Part shown: piece after piece, positions 1 to 13,500 of the stretch
Layout of the letters: each line of letters begins with the position of its first letter
How positions within the stretch are numbered: the first letter of the stretch is position 1
Source of the DNA: Amphiscolops sp. MND2022
Lineage: Eukaryota
Assembly (NCBI GenBank): GCA_964187785.1
Contig: OZ076409.1
Coordinates: 7,008,001 to 7,072,000 of the forward strand
Direction of reading: 5' to 3'
Length of the DNA stretch: 64,000 nucleotides
Program-made: the position numbers and the translations under genes
The notes under the pieces: generated by a model
The model's input: only the letters and a program-made list of their open reading frames with translations
What the model was told of the DNA's origin: nothing
The model's database searches: none

Positions 1-1049
1 AAATGATTAGTCGATCTTTCAGGTTACTCATTTTTAGATGGAATAAAAGACGCCTTGGAGGAAAACTGCTGGTGATGGTAAATCGAACAGTAATCTTCTT
101 GCCACTTCACAAAGTCTTGGATTTTTTAAAGTTTTCGACTTGAGAGACTCAAACGCCGTTATATTAGTGTGCAGACACACTTCAAGTCTGAACCGAGCAC
201 CATTTTATTGACATTCAAATTGACGCGTAATTCAAAATACCGATAATATAAATTATTCTAGTTAAAGCTATATTAAATCAGATAAATAATTCAAATTCCA
301 TTTAAATTATGAATAAAAATGGACATCACCGGAAAGTACCATACAGTGGCGGCACCTGTTGATGTCATAAAATCAAAGATTCATAAAAACGGAAGGGGAA
401 GGGCGTAATCTGAATGGTCAAGCAAAGTGCGTGCGTGTTTGTATATTTCTAAAATATCAACTCCATCACTCGAAATGTCAAAATTCAAAACTAAATAGCT
501 CGCAAACTGTCACAAATGCAAAATTTCGTCAAGTTTGCATCTTTTCTCGATTTTCACAAAGTTAAAAAGATATTCACCCCCAAATCTTCTGAATTTAATC
601 CTCTCAAATATCGAAAAAAAACTCAAATTTCAAGTAAACTTTCCGTAAGTTTGCAATTTCCAACTTTTCAATATGGGTCGCAGAAATTTCAAACATTTTT
701 TGTACACTAGATGAAATTATACGAAACTTTCCTAGCTGATAATTTTTGTATTCCTGGCAGCTTTCAAGACATTTGTATATGAAAATGGCAATTTTAAGCA
801 ATGGAGTTTCGATATTTTAGAACGCTACTGTATGCAAAGCGCATTTTGCATATTTGCGAATAAGGTGGGGGTTACTTAGGCCTCTAACACATCAATATCC
901 GATAACCTAAAAGTTACCGTGTGTTACCAAATGTTTCTCAATTTCATTGCAGTTAGTTTAGTGGCTCCATGAACTGACCTCTTTGTTCTTTATCGTAATC
1001 GTTCGCATGGCGTTTGGGGATCTTTTCAGAAATCATACTTCTATATGAC

Positions 1050-1365
1050 CAGAGTTTTGACATCGCTAATTTTTTTCGCTAAACCGCTAATTTCAAAATC
1101 GCTGTTTCGCTTAAAAACTTTCTTCAAACTATTAAATGTTTGAATTCAAGAATGTTTCGAATATAAACGATAACCTAATTCAATGTTCGCAAGCGTTTTT
1201 CTTACTCTGTGGGTTTTACAGATGAAGAGTTCAACTCGAAATTTTTCGAAATTCATTTTGAAACTCAGTATATTTTCCGAGTACATTTTGAATTTGAATC
1301 GCTAAAAGAATCGCTGAATAAATTCTGCGCGGCCGCTAAATCGCTGGTTAGCGGTGTTAAAACTG
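1050..1365. mobile_element. hAT-like MITE (CAGAGTTTTGACATCGCTA family)
   Basis: Imperfect TIR; perfect 8-bp TSD tatatgac; relatives at 50683-50966, ~32383-32580, ~46920-47115. Confidence 0.82.
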
Positions 1366-2058
1366 TATATGACTATGACTAGTGAATTTTGGAAAATATC
1401 ATATGTGAAATGCGAAAAAAAAGAATGACATGTGATAAATATGAAAAGTGGAAATAGTTTCATTTGTTCTAATTGGTCATTCTAGTTCACCTAATTCTTT
1501 TTGTTATTTTCCGCCCACATAAATGTGGGAGGAAAATCATAATCTGTGTGGCGTTTTTTTTAACAAATTCTGCCAAATCTCCACTTTATGTATAATCTCC
1601 TGGTGCTTATAAAAAGACGTACCTTTTGTCCTAGCACGCTTTATCCAAACTTTTAACGTTATATACGAAATAAATTGCGTTTTTCTAAGGATGAGACGGA
1701 GGTTGGAAATTATTGCGCTATATCCGAATTTTCGACGTTATATCTGAACTATATTGCATTATACTAAGGAAGATGCGGAGGTTCGAAAACAAGCCATCGC
1801 TTACGAAGGCGGAAAATATCCCGGTGCACAGCGGGCGTCTTGTTAGTAGTTTTCCGTGGTTATTTCGTTGGTTCGTGAAAAGATTGGGGATATTTGTCAA
1901 ATCACGTGACTTCAAATTGACAGCTTCAATCGGAAGTGAACTCATTAGCGGAACTCGATCAGTGGTAATTAGATAGAAATTAACTCTTTCTTGTCACTGC
2001 TGTTTCTCATACACAGTTGCTAGTACAACTACTGGCCAAAAATCAGTCCTACCGCAGC

Positions 2059-2824
2059 CAGGGTGTACAAAATGTATTGTATTTCAATATACAGTACTGT
2101 GACTAAACGAAAACGGTCGATTATTTTTTTGAAATCAAAATTCATCCATGGATTCAGTAGATTTGTGGGAGTTAATTGAGCATGAAGCTTGCCAAAAAAC
2201 TGTGGATGGAACGGTCAAAAATTGGAAAAACAGCAAAAAGCCCCAATTTTGCCCAAAATCAACTATTTGTGTCCGAGAAAATTTTAAAAAACACTAATAT
2301 AAACTAGATGAAATTTTTATTGTGATGTTTTTCAAAACTCTCAACCAATTTCGAGGAAATCGAGCCTAAAGTCGCCCGGGGGACGTTTCTTAATCACAGT
2401 ACTGTATCGACAAAAAATGAATGAAACATACTTATTTTTAGTTTCACAATGGATTTACTTTTTGTTCCAATAAATTTGGGCTTTGAGCCACTGTGTTCTA
2501 TGTCGGCAGATTTGACACAAATGTATTATTATGACGGTATACGCAAAATACACGAACTCAATTCAATTTCTCGGCCAACTGTTATAAAGTATTCGGATTC
2601 ATTTTACTAGTCCTTTTGAAAAATTGATTCAGGAAGTTTGGTAAAATTATTGATGGTTATAAAAACAGCCAAAAAGTGTATTTGGCGAACGAAATTTTTG
2701 TTCGAACAGTATATTTTTCCTCACGCATTATTGGACAATATATTTAAAATATTTATTGTTAACCAGCAACAAAAATTATATTATTTTGAAAAATAGAGTT
2801 TAAATTCAATATTTTACATCCCTG
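2059..2824. mobile_element. hAT-like MITE hosting a Tc1/mariner MITE
   Basis: Ends cagggtgtacaaaat / attttacatccctg; degenerate TSD accgcagc / gccacagc (6/8). Confidence 0.55.
2092..2404. mobile_element. Tc1/mariner-type MITE
   Basis: TA|CAGTACTGTGA...TCACAGTACTG|TA; inverted relative at ~15454-15800. Confidence 0.82.
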
Positions 2825-4016
2825 GCCACAGCTTTACATCCCCTGAAGCGACCGCGCCGAAGCGTTTCAGTGAATCGGTTAGCGGTTCGTATCTCGGGGC
2901 TTTGAGGTAGCGCTATTGCTTTCATTTTTCTGTGCCATTGCAAATTGCATCTCTTTTGTGACGTAATATACTTAGTTTTATGGCTGCTCTTCTTTTCACT
3001 TGCTTGATTTTACGACTCTTTCACTTCGTTTACTCCAGAAACTTAATGGCGCATTTTCCTTTTACAAATTTCCTTTCCTCTGAAGATTTCCTTTGTGCTA
3101 GTGATTTCAGGAAGACACTTTCTCGCTGGTTCTTTGTTATGGCGGAAAACGGCGGAATTGATTATTGTCCATGTGGAAATTTTTTGCCCAATTCTTGCGA
3201 ATTAGATATAATCAGGTTCTTCCACATTGCTACTAAATGCCTACCCAAGTTTTCTAGCTGTTATTGAAGAATGTCCCTATAGAACTTCAGAAGGGCTTCA
3301 TCGGTTATCCGGTTTCACGGGTTGTCCCATTCAGTTTTGATGAATAGCCCTTTTTGAATAGCCCGAATTACCAAAAAGTCAATTAATTTTGAAACCACGT
3401 GAATTCGAATCAGTGTATTGTACACGATCTACGATTGAACGAAAAAATATACGAGTTGCATGTTATACGAAGATGCCATTATTATACGAGTTGTACGGAG
3501 AATAGCTTTTCAGCCACTTTGCGTCGATTTTCCCATAACGCACTTGAAAAGGTTTTGGAAATATGAAATTGTGATGAATTTAAGCATCCCAAAAATGGTA
3601 ATAGGCAATATGGGATTAGAAAATGGGGCTATTACTATCCCCTTTTTGAAACAATTAACACTTTCCAATGAGAAATGATCAAAAAATGTGCTCCATGCCT
3701 TTATACGATAAAAGAGGCCAATTACACGAATATACGATATACGAAACCTTCGGTTATACGATTACACGTTATAAGAGGAACTCAGTATACGACAATACAC
3801 TGATTCGCATATCGTTTTTTTTTGGTATGATAGTCAATTTTGCCGATTGGAATTGACTCAAGATCGAGTGAATGGTGTCACACCAACAAATGCAGTAAGT
3901 TTTTATTTTCCTCATAATTCATTACACTTGCGATAAGCAAGTGCTATCAGAAAGTGCGGGCGCTTTTTTTTCCTGCGCGACAACTCTCATTTCACGCGGC
4001 AAGTCGCACAGTTCAC

Positions 4017-4089
4017 GCGCTCGTGGTCTAGTGGTAAGATGTTTGCTTTTCAACCCAGAGGTTTCGTGTTCGAACCCGTGCGTATGCGC
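4017..4089 (+). pseudogene. tRNA-like module at the head of a repeat
   Basis: TGGTCTAGTGG and GTTCGAACC followed by T-run; poor stems. Confidence 0.6.
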
Positions 4090-4934
4090 TAATTTTTTCC
4101 GAAGCAGAAGGTTCTCCTTTTTTTCGACACTATGAGACTCCCCCCCTCCCCCCTCCTTGTCGGCTTTGTGAGACTTTTTTTCGAAATTTTTTTCAATGTC
4201 CCCAGAGTGTCCTCCCTTCAATTTATTTGATATTTTGCAACAGAACGAATGCTAGAAAATCTCAAAGGGTACCTTTTTTCAGATTTTTCGGCACTGAGAC
4301 TGTTGAAATTTCTTTGTTTTTTTTTCGAAAGACTCCAAACGGTCTCCCTTCAGTTTTTTGAAAATTTTCAACAGAATGGATGTTAAAAAAATCTCAAAGG
4401 GCCGCCTTTTACAGTTTCCGGCAATGTGAGATTTTTCAAAAGGAATAATTGTTGTCTTTAAAAATTAGGTTTTCTCAGACCCAGCACGCTATATCCGATT
4501 TTTTTAAAGAACGGCGTTTTTTCTATGCGACTTTTTAAAATTCGTTTTCAACGAAGCCCCCCTCAATTTTACAAAAAACGAAACGTTTTGCGAGCGTAAA
4601 GTACTCCTCAACGTTTTCGGCACCATGCGATTTACCGGAGACCCTCATCAAAAAAATTTTCGAAAAATTTCGAAAATTTTTTTTCCTCAATTTTCTGTTT
4701 TTTTTTTCGTTGAGAAAGATGGGTTTTTGCTGTTTCCAGTTGGGGAAGAATGGTTTTCGAGACTTATGCGCATCCCTTCGGGTATTTTTGGTGCTGTAAA
4801 ATTGATGAAATTTTAATATTATTGCCCTTTTACCCTTGGTTGTCCGTATAATATTGCTTTTTTGGTTTTCTTTTGAAAAGCACGGCTTCGCCTCTGTGTA
4901 AAAATGGAAAGCGAAAATATTTCCTCAGCAGGTG

Positions 4935-5374
4935 TTTTTAGTCGGCGCGTTTTCTTTTTAAGGAAAAATGCCCGACTATAGCAGTGACCTTTTTTTTCTT
5001 CAGCCTCACACTGATCGGTCCACTTTTTATCCTGAAAACCAGCCAAGGCGCCCAGTCCGGCAAAGAGGCCAAGGCAAATTTAGTGCAAACCTTTTTCAAG
5101 GTAACCTACAAAACCGGACGGGACTACAGAGTCCCCCCTTTCGATTTTTTTTCGGCACTGTGCGACTTTCGAAATTTTTTTTGTCTGCAAAGGGTCCCCC
5201 TTTCATTTTGTACTTCTTTAACGTAATCTTCAAAACCGTCCGAGGCTAAAGGGTCCCCCCTTTTGATTTTTTTCTGCACTGTGCGACATTTTCCTTGAAA
5301 ATTTTTTTCGAAATTTTTTTTTGCGCTTTTTAAGCCTTAGATATAGCGCCGACTTTAGACGTTCTCGTCTTGTT
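4935..5374 (+). mobile_element. HINE-A (Helentron/DINE-1-like non-autonomous element), representative of about 20 copies or fragments
   Basis: 5' TTTTAGTCGGCGC..CCCGACT; 3' subterminal inverted copy GCGCCGACT, hairpin AGACG-TTCT-CGTCT, TGTT end; no TSD; T-rich sites; internal aagggtcccc/ttcggcact repeats. Confidence 0.75.
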
Positions 5375-6000
5375 TCTATTTTGCCATACTCCAATTTTCT
5401 CTCCAGAGATAGGGGTTCTACCGCAGAATTCAGCTACGAAAAAAGTAGGTTCGTAGCATGTTAGTTATAAAGATATCTGATCTTCTTTGAATAAGTGCCC
5501 TAAATGAAAATATTCAAAATGCCCCCAAATAAAAAACCCCAAAATTTTAATCTTTTAGCCCCAAAATAGCATAGCGCTACTTTTCCAACACTGAAGCACA
5601 CACTAGAGCATACACTTTTTCAACTTCTGATTAGTTTTGCCTGAAGCCCATGTGTTGTTCAGCACAATTTTATTCAACAATTATTGGTACCGTGTTTGGT
5701 CCGAACGGCACAAGCATCAGCAAAAGTGATGTTTTTTCCAACGCTGAGAAAAATGGGTTTGTCTTGCGAAATGGTTGAGCTTCTCCAAAATTCTTTTCTT
5801 GGCAAAATACAAATTTATCAAAAGTCTCTGACCCATAAAGGAAGGCAACCCCAAATCCTTTTACAGCAAGACATTGTGCAACAAAACCTATTAGATATGC
5901 TGTGTAACAACAAGCCATACGGTACAGAAAAATAAAGTTGTGAAGAACCAAAATGAAAGCGCAGTATTAGACCTTTCAAAGGCGCTATAATTCAGTTCTT

Positions 6001-6410
6001 GGCTCTTTTCTGTTTTCCCCCACCACCAATTTTTTTTGGAAAATCAGTGAAAATCGTCTTACAAAAAGACTTGAATACAAACCAGAAAGCTTCAAAATTA
6101 CATTTACTCTTAATGTGACAGTATAGGATTCAGATAAAAACTTTGTTTACACTTTTTCCTTAAGTAGTCACGCATTTTTGATGAAGAAATCAACAGCTTT
6201 CTATTTTGAGTCATCGATAAACACTTAATACGAACATAATCATAGTGAAAAAGCGTGAACAATGTTTTGTTCAAGCAGAAAACTACTCTAATAGATGTTA
6301 ACTTCCCATAATGAAAAAAAAGGTTTTACTTTTAGTTAAGCTGATCTAAAGTTTTTAAGGAATTTTACTTTCAAAAATTTTGGTGGTGGGGGGAAAACCA
6401 GAAAAGAGCC
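6001..6410. mobile_element. GG-ended MITE, copy in opposite orientation
   Basis: TIRs ggctcttttctg / cagaaaagagcc; reverse-complement homolog of 6915-7326; no TSD recognised. Confidence 0.82.
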
Positions 6411-6914
6411 AGAAATTTGAAGTTTCTTGATGAAAGAACTTAGAAATGAACCAAATAGTGTGAAAAAGTTCCAATTTCTTGTACTTTTTGTGCAAATTTA
6501 GAACGTTTACGTTGGCGGAAGTTTATTGGATACGCTCGATTTGTTAAATTGTGCTGTTCATAAAGTATATGAGGCGGAAATCACTCGGCGCTGAGGGATT
6601 CTTGTATTTTATAATCGAATTGCCTCAGAATTGATCTCTTGTTAAATTTGTTAAATTAGTTCAACGGAAAGTGCGATCTTATTAAGTAAAGTTGAAAATT
6701 GCGATCAATTTGTAATTATGACTTCGGAAGAAATTCTAGATAATTTTGGAATATTTTGTTTAAATGTTCGATCCCGATTTTTTCTGCCGTTGCATTTTTG
6801 GATCAGCAACAGTGTCAAATTTCTCACTAATAGCGGGAATCCTTGCGTCGAAGTTTAGAAACTGTCTTGAAAACACAACATGGTACTTTTTTTTTAAAAA
6901 AAAAAACAAAATAA

Positions 6915-7326
6915 GGCTCTTTTCTGTTTTCCCCACCACCACCACCAAAATTTTTGAAAATAACTTTCCTTAAAAACTTCAGATTAGCCTAATTAAAAAT
7001 AAAACCTTTCATAACAGGAAGTTAACTTCTATTAGAGTAGTTTTCCGCTTGAACAAAACATTGTTCACACATTTTGACTATAATTATGCTCGTATTAAGT
7101 GTTTATTGATGACTCAAAACAGGAAGCTGTTGATTTCTTCATCAAAAATGCGTGACTACATATTGAAAAAATGTGAACAACGTTTGTATCTCAATCCTAA
7201 ACTGTCACCCGGAAAATAAATTTAAAATTGAAGCTTTCTGGTTTGTGTTAAAGTCTATTTGTTATAAGATTTTCACTAATTCTCCAAAAAAAATTTTCGT
7301 GGTGGGGGGGGGGGCAGAAAAGAACC
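6915..7326. mobile_element. GG-ended ~410-bp MITE (Merlin-like ends, tentative)
   Basis: TIR GGCTCTTTTCTG..CCCCACCAC; perfect 8-bp TSD caaaataa. Confidence 0.85.
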
Positions 7327-9414
7327 CAAAATAATATATAATTACTGCATCTGTCAGAATTTTCGATGTCCTTACATGATTTTATTTGTTCTGGCAGTTT
7401 GACAGCTTTTTTATCCCAATCTGTCCGACATTTTTTGATGAATATATGAATACACGCGAGGCCTGTACTTCTATTTTTGGTAAGTCTGCTCTTGCAGAAG
7501 CATTAGCATTATAACCCTAACTCTCGGGAGAGAATACTAGTAGTTATAACTGCTAGTAGTTATTTGAGAGCCTAATAAATTATTAAGGTCCAGTCATGAA
7601 TGGAATCGAAACCGGACTCTGAAATTGAGACGGATCAAAAGTTAATTCTTTCGTCCTTGCAGTATACCCACTGCGTGCCTACGTGCTTTTTAAGGACACA
7701 CTTCACCCCACAACCATTGTTTCAATTATTGACTTCGTGAATAAATTAACTGTTACACTTTTCACTTTCCCATTACTTTATCACGGCTGTCACTCTTCAA
7801 GTGATTGATTTGTCTTCAAAATTTGGTTCAAAGAAAAGTAGGCTATTATTTTTTCGTCCAATTTTCCACATGGGAAAAATAATCTCTCGGTCGCCGCTTT
7901 TGTTTCCAAATTTTGCCATGTTCCAATTTTGGGCTGAAAAATAGAAATGAAAAATCCAAACCAGACAGTGAAATAGTATAGACACTGTGTTGAAACATGT
8001 GAGCCGTTTGCTGCTACCAAGAAAAAAATAATGTGCTGTTTTTCAGTTGTCATCAATGTTTTTCAAGTGATTTAATTCGAAACTAGACTCCTCCTCAACA
8101 TTTCTAATCGCAAGGCTTATAATTTTTGCTGCTGTGAAGTTTTCGGTGGGAACTAATTGGACCTTTTCTGACTGAAATGTGGTTGACGCACTAGACTTGA
8201 AAGTCGGTTAATTGAAGCATAACTTTTGCCAGCTCCAGCCGCAATTTCCACGCGTTATTAGGTATCTTTACTGTATCTCAAAAATGTGCTACTTTATCAC
8301 AACAAAGCCATGTTGACAGAAAAGTCCGGGAATGTTACACTAGTTTTTTTCTTTGTCAAACAAAGATCATTCTTGTGTATCGTCGGGTTTTGTTGGAACA
8401 AGACGGGAACGTATGGGATTTATTAACATACATTCTGTTGCAAAATATCAAAAAAATGAAGGGGGCCCTTTGATATGCGTAGATCAAGTTGAACAAACGA
8501 ACAAAAAAGTGGACCTTTCAGTGTGAGGTCAGGAGAAAAAAAGGTCACTGTAAGAGTCGGACATTTTTTGCTTCACGAAAAGCGCCGACTAAAAAATACG
8601 GAAAGACAATAGAGCGGTGTTTGTAGCAGTCAGGTTGTTCAAGACTTAGTGGCTGTTTTCAGAATCCAACTTCTTTGGTAGTTTTGTGAAGGATTGTTGG
8701 ACGAAATTGAAATGCTGTAACTATCGCTCTTTCATCATCTATTGGAATTGAATTGATTCAAGATGACTAAGTTTAGTAGTTAGTGATGGTATGGTTGCAA
8801 GATGCCTTAGGATAGTCTCTTACTTCGAAGGCATCTCACAGTCCTTCTCGAACTAACTTAAAGCTCCGAAGTGGTCTCATTGTTGTTTTTTGATGAAATT
8901 AACACTCACTCAAAGAAAATGCAATACAATAGGAGTGTAAAGGCGTAATTTCCTCCCAAAATTGTATTGTCGGGAGTCAAGTTCCATCTATAGAACAAAG
9001 TTGGCACCAAAAAAGCTAAAAAAACACCGCCAGTTTGAAGTCTAATTTCAAAACAATCAGTTTGTGTGGAAGAAGTTTCGACTTGTCTAACGTTTTGTGT
9101 TGTCTGACTAATTGATATTTGAAAATAGAATTTGGTGTGGACCAATAGTTACATAACAGCTACGTTTTGTCAAAGAGTATTGCGTAATTCTGAGCCGTTA
9201 GAGCGCACGTGCTCTTTATACATTCGTTTGTCCCCTGGCGAGGTCTGCAAGATTTTAGCCGTTGGACGATGTACGAGCTCTAAAATTCTCGAATTATTCG
9301 CCCTCACAACTGTATTCGTATAGAGGGAGGAAACTCACCATTTGTGTAGCGTTTTTTCCCAATTTCTGCAAAATCCCCATTTTATTACTCCATTTAAGTA
9401 TGTGGAATCTTTTA

Positions 9415-9487
9415 GTCACCGTGGCCCAGTTGGTAATGCGTCCGTCTGACAGAAAGGAGGTCGTGGGTTCAAACCCGGTCTGGAGCC
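9415..9487 (+). pseudogene. tRNA-like sequence (pseudo-tRNA or SINE head)
   Basis: A-box TGGCCCAGTTGG, B-box GGTTCAAACC; acceptor stem does not pair. Confidence 0.65.
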
Positions 9488-10556
9488 TGAAATTTTTTCT
9501 GTTATCCCAGAAAGTGAATGGTCGGTATATCTCACCTGTGCCATACTTATTTTTGCTTTATTAAGAAGTATGGATGGGTTTCGAACCTCGTCTTTTACAC
9601 ACTTTTTTGGTGTGGCGGAAAATTTCCCGGCGCTTAACGGGTGTCTTGTTTCCGTTTTCGTCGTCATTAATATCATTTTCTCCTTTTTTGGCATTCAATG
9701 GGTCATTATTTAGTTGGAGTTCATCACTGACAACACTCGGATAGTCAAACTCAATTCTTTGTAGATTATGCTGTCTCACGGGAAAATGTTCTTTTAACTG
9801 CTATGAATAAGTTTTTGTAGAACCACTACCTTCGCATATAATGCGGAAAGACAAAAATGATGAGTCTTTTCATTCCCCCGTCCATCTCATGGGAGTATTT
9901 TCGTATAAATTAGTGTGGCAAATAGTGGGTAGAGGTAATTTTTATTCTGTTCACGGTTATTATGCGACAATTTTGGAGAAATGCGATTGTCAGGATATTA
10001 TAAAAGGTCTGAAAACCTTGAATGTAAATGAGTGTCGTTCCTGTTATAGCAGCGCAAGGTGCTTCACTGGGCAATTATGGTGGGAGAGTGTTGAAATTTG
10101 AGTGGATCCGTGTCTCCATTGGCGGCGATGTACCTTCTGTCTGTGTGTCGACATAAAACCTGCCGTTAAAGCCCGCCTTTTGCGCACATATGGCGTTAAA
10201 GCACTAGTCGAAGTTGCCCCTGCCTGGTTCAAAACTGTGACTGTTTTGACTTTCTGGACTGTCTAATCTGACGACGCCTCTGGAGCAAAGTGGCTTTGAA
10301 GATAGCCGGTTGCCGTCTGTCATTTGTCACCAGCTTAGTTTTCGATCCAATTCTCCTCCAACTGTTATCATATTCTGACTGTTTACGCTGCACCGTAATG
10401 GGAACTGTAGTGTGAAGTTACAGTAACTGTTCCGATTGTTGACATGAAGTTCTGACCTGCTGACTTGTAGTTGCAGCTAATCTCAGGATAATCTGAAGTT
10501 TCAAGATTATTGAGAAGTGAATCGGATTGCACGTGAATTCGAATTCACCGGGGAGA

Positions 10557-13500
10557 ATGATGGATAACTTGGGTTTCATGAACATTACCTCTGACATCAA
10601 CAATTCCATGTCGAGCAACAACTCAAATGGCGAGAACGAAATTGTTGCTGGGCCCGCGAGACCTTTTTGGTTCCTGTTCTGTAAGATCTTTCTCAACATC
10701 ATGGGCATGCTTGGAAACTCGACAGTTATTATAATCTATTCGAAGAAGAAAGATTTCAGACCCAGCGAATGTTTCATCCTGTCTATCGCTTCCGTCGATT
10801 TCTGCTTTTCCTTTCTCAGTTTGCTGCTTTGGGTCCTGGGCTTCTTCTCTGCAAACACGGAAACGATCAACAGTATGCTGATCACCTTTGTGATCTACTA
10901 TTCGCTCTATCTCATCTTCTGGGTCAGCTTCAATCGCTACATCGCAGTTATCAAACCCATCGATTACATGCAGATCTTTTCCAGCCGAACAGTTTTCACC
11001 ATCATCGCCACCGGATTCCTGTTCGGAGTCATTTTCGCGATGATACCAGTTCTCTACTACAACACTAGGTAGTGTTCAATACTGAAACTGAATTTAAAAT
11101 TGAAACTGAAACTGAAACTCTAGGTACTGAAACGATTTTGAAAAAACTGAAAGTGGAACTGAAACTGAATTGACAAAATAAATAAAACTAAAACTGAAAC
11201 TAGAACTGAAACATACGAAACAATTATTTCAGCAAGTCCTTGTTTGTTGCCAAACGGGGACCCTTTAGCCTCGTCCAGTTTTGTATGTTATGCTATAAAA
11301 GAAACAAATGTTATAGGCACGTTAAGGTGCAATTTGGCGCCTTAAAATTTTGTAGAACTTTTGGTAGAACTATTTTGGTCACTTCAGGTGTATCGAAACA
11401 AAAAGTGACGAAAAGCCATGACTATAGTCTACTCTTTTCTTAAGAAAAGCGCCGACTAAAAAACTGAAACAAAACTGAAACTGAAATAGATAGTAAAGTA
11501 ACTGAAACTGGATCATATAAAATTTAATTTCAGTATTGAACACTAACGCTAGGTCCGAACTCTATCACAAAATTTTGGACGCCGTCTACTATTCGAGCAA
11601 AGTTTTCTTCATTCTAGTCGACATAGTTTTCATGTGTGTCGTCTACAGCAACGTTGCATCTTTGGAGAGTCGCAAAGCCGCTAAGAAGAATGCTAACTAC
11701 AAGGGCGCTGTCACGGCCGGAGAACCCCAGTCTCATGCTTTTGGCGGGGTTGGCACCAATGCAGAAATCGGCAATTGTGCCTCCAAAAACGGAGTTAAAT
11801 TTGCCGGAGGTTAGTGAATTGACTCGTGTACTGAATATGGTGGATCGTGTTTTTCGTGTATTTTCAGGAGTCGGAAAAATTGTGCCTTTTCTCTCCCGAC
11901 CTTTCACTGAAAATTTCAAACTTCTCAAAAACTGTCCATACGATTTTTATGAAATTTAGCACAGTCATTCTACACCCTAGGGTGCTCCTGAGTGCGCAAT
12001 GCCATCAAAATAGTATTCCTGGAATCTGCGAAACGACGAAATGACAAAGCAGGTAATTAGTTTTTCAATAATCCGTTTCCGGCTCCTTTATCGCACATGC
12101 GGCTCTGGTCTCATATTGCATCGGTATCGTGTCCAAAAAAAATTATCATACACGGTAACGTGTATTGACTGAAATAAATCAAGTTTTTGAAAGATAAGCA
12201 ATTTCGTGGGAATCGATAGTTCGTGTAACGGTACCAGAAAATTCGTGTCAATTCACTGCCGGGGGTGTACCAGGGTCAATGAACGCTGCCGGGCAGAACT
12301 GTCTCAAGGAGCACCCAGTAGTTCTGGAAGAGTCTTCTTCCCGATTCAGTGTGACCCCCAACCCCGCTGCTGATGAAATTGATGTTCTGACCCCCTCATC
12401 CCATTCACCCACGCTGAAGTTCCCCTGGAGAAAGGGAAAAGGGAGGAATGCAAAGGAGAAACCCAGGAGTCTCTTCAAACTGTCGCGCAGGGCGACCGCA
12501 GAGGGCAACGTTGTGGGCACGAATGCGAATACCCCTGCCTCCATCCCAGCTGATCAAGTTCAAGACATGGAAATGAAGCAAAACGAGTAAGTACTTTATT
12601 CAATTTTCTGCAATGGCCTGACGCAATTGTTGCTGTATTGTGCAGTTCTTTTTCATTCCTTTGTTGCTAAATTATGCTTGAAATGCCTTTTGGGGTCCGA
12701 AGCAGAAATTAGCAGCAGCCGGTGTAATTTTTTAGGAGTCATTTCTCCCGACCTTTCTTTCAATGAAAATCTCAAATTTCTCAAAAACTCCGTTCGATTT
12801 ATATAAAATTTAGTACAGTCGTTCTACTACACCCAATGATGCTCCTGCGTGCGCAATGGCATCAAAATCATATAACTGTGATCTGAGAGACATAGCCAAA
12901 ATTGTTAGAAAATGGCAAAAAAAGGTCAATTTCTCAAAAACTGTTTTAACGATTCGAACGAAAATCTTTTTACAATCATTCTACCCCATATTAGAGTCCT
13001 ATGTTTGCAATGACATCAAAATCGTATGACTGTGATATGAGAAACATTAGTCCAATTTTTTGGACAACAGCAATTTTGGACTTTTTCGATTTTCTCAAAA
13101 ACTGTCCATACGATTCAATTTTAATTTGCTTTCTATTTTAATTCGTTTGCGACCCCCTTACCGCACATGCACCTCTGGTCTATCATGAAGTTCTTTGGAC
13201 TTGAAGTTGACGTGAATTTAGAGGCAAATATGATTCAGAGTGAAGACTCATTTTTAGTCGGCGCTTTTCTAGTGAAAAGTGCCCGACACTTACAGTGGCT
13301 AGTTTTTTTCCTTTTTTTTCGTCAGACTACAATCTCACTCTGATTGGGCCACTTTTCTTACAATCGAAACTACTAAAACTACTACCATAAGGCCAAGTCC
13401 GGTCAGCGGAAATTAGTGCAAAAGGGTCCCCCCCTTCATTTCTTACTATTTTAACGTAACCTACAAAACCGGACGAGACTAAAGGGTTTTTCGATCCCCC

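Noticed and set aside
9415..9487. Functional tRNA genes (also 4017, 15815, 16303, 20539)
   Set aside because: Promoter boxes are present but acceptor and anticodon stems do not pair; most are embedded in repeats.
516..10232. Many short F/K-rich ORFs here and across 27-52 kb
   Set aside because: Chance translations of AT-rich repeats with no domain signal.
11080..11510. CRISPR-like or telomeric array
   Set aside because: (AAACTG)n subterminal repeats of a MITE; no spacers; eukaryotic context.
11534..11552. TTTCAG at 11533 as intron 1 acceptor / ORF 11536 start
   Set aside because: Phase-incompatible with the donor at 11069 and lies within the TIR.
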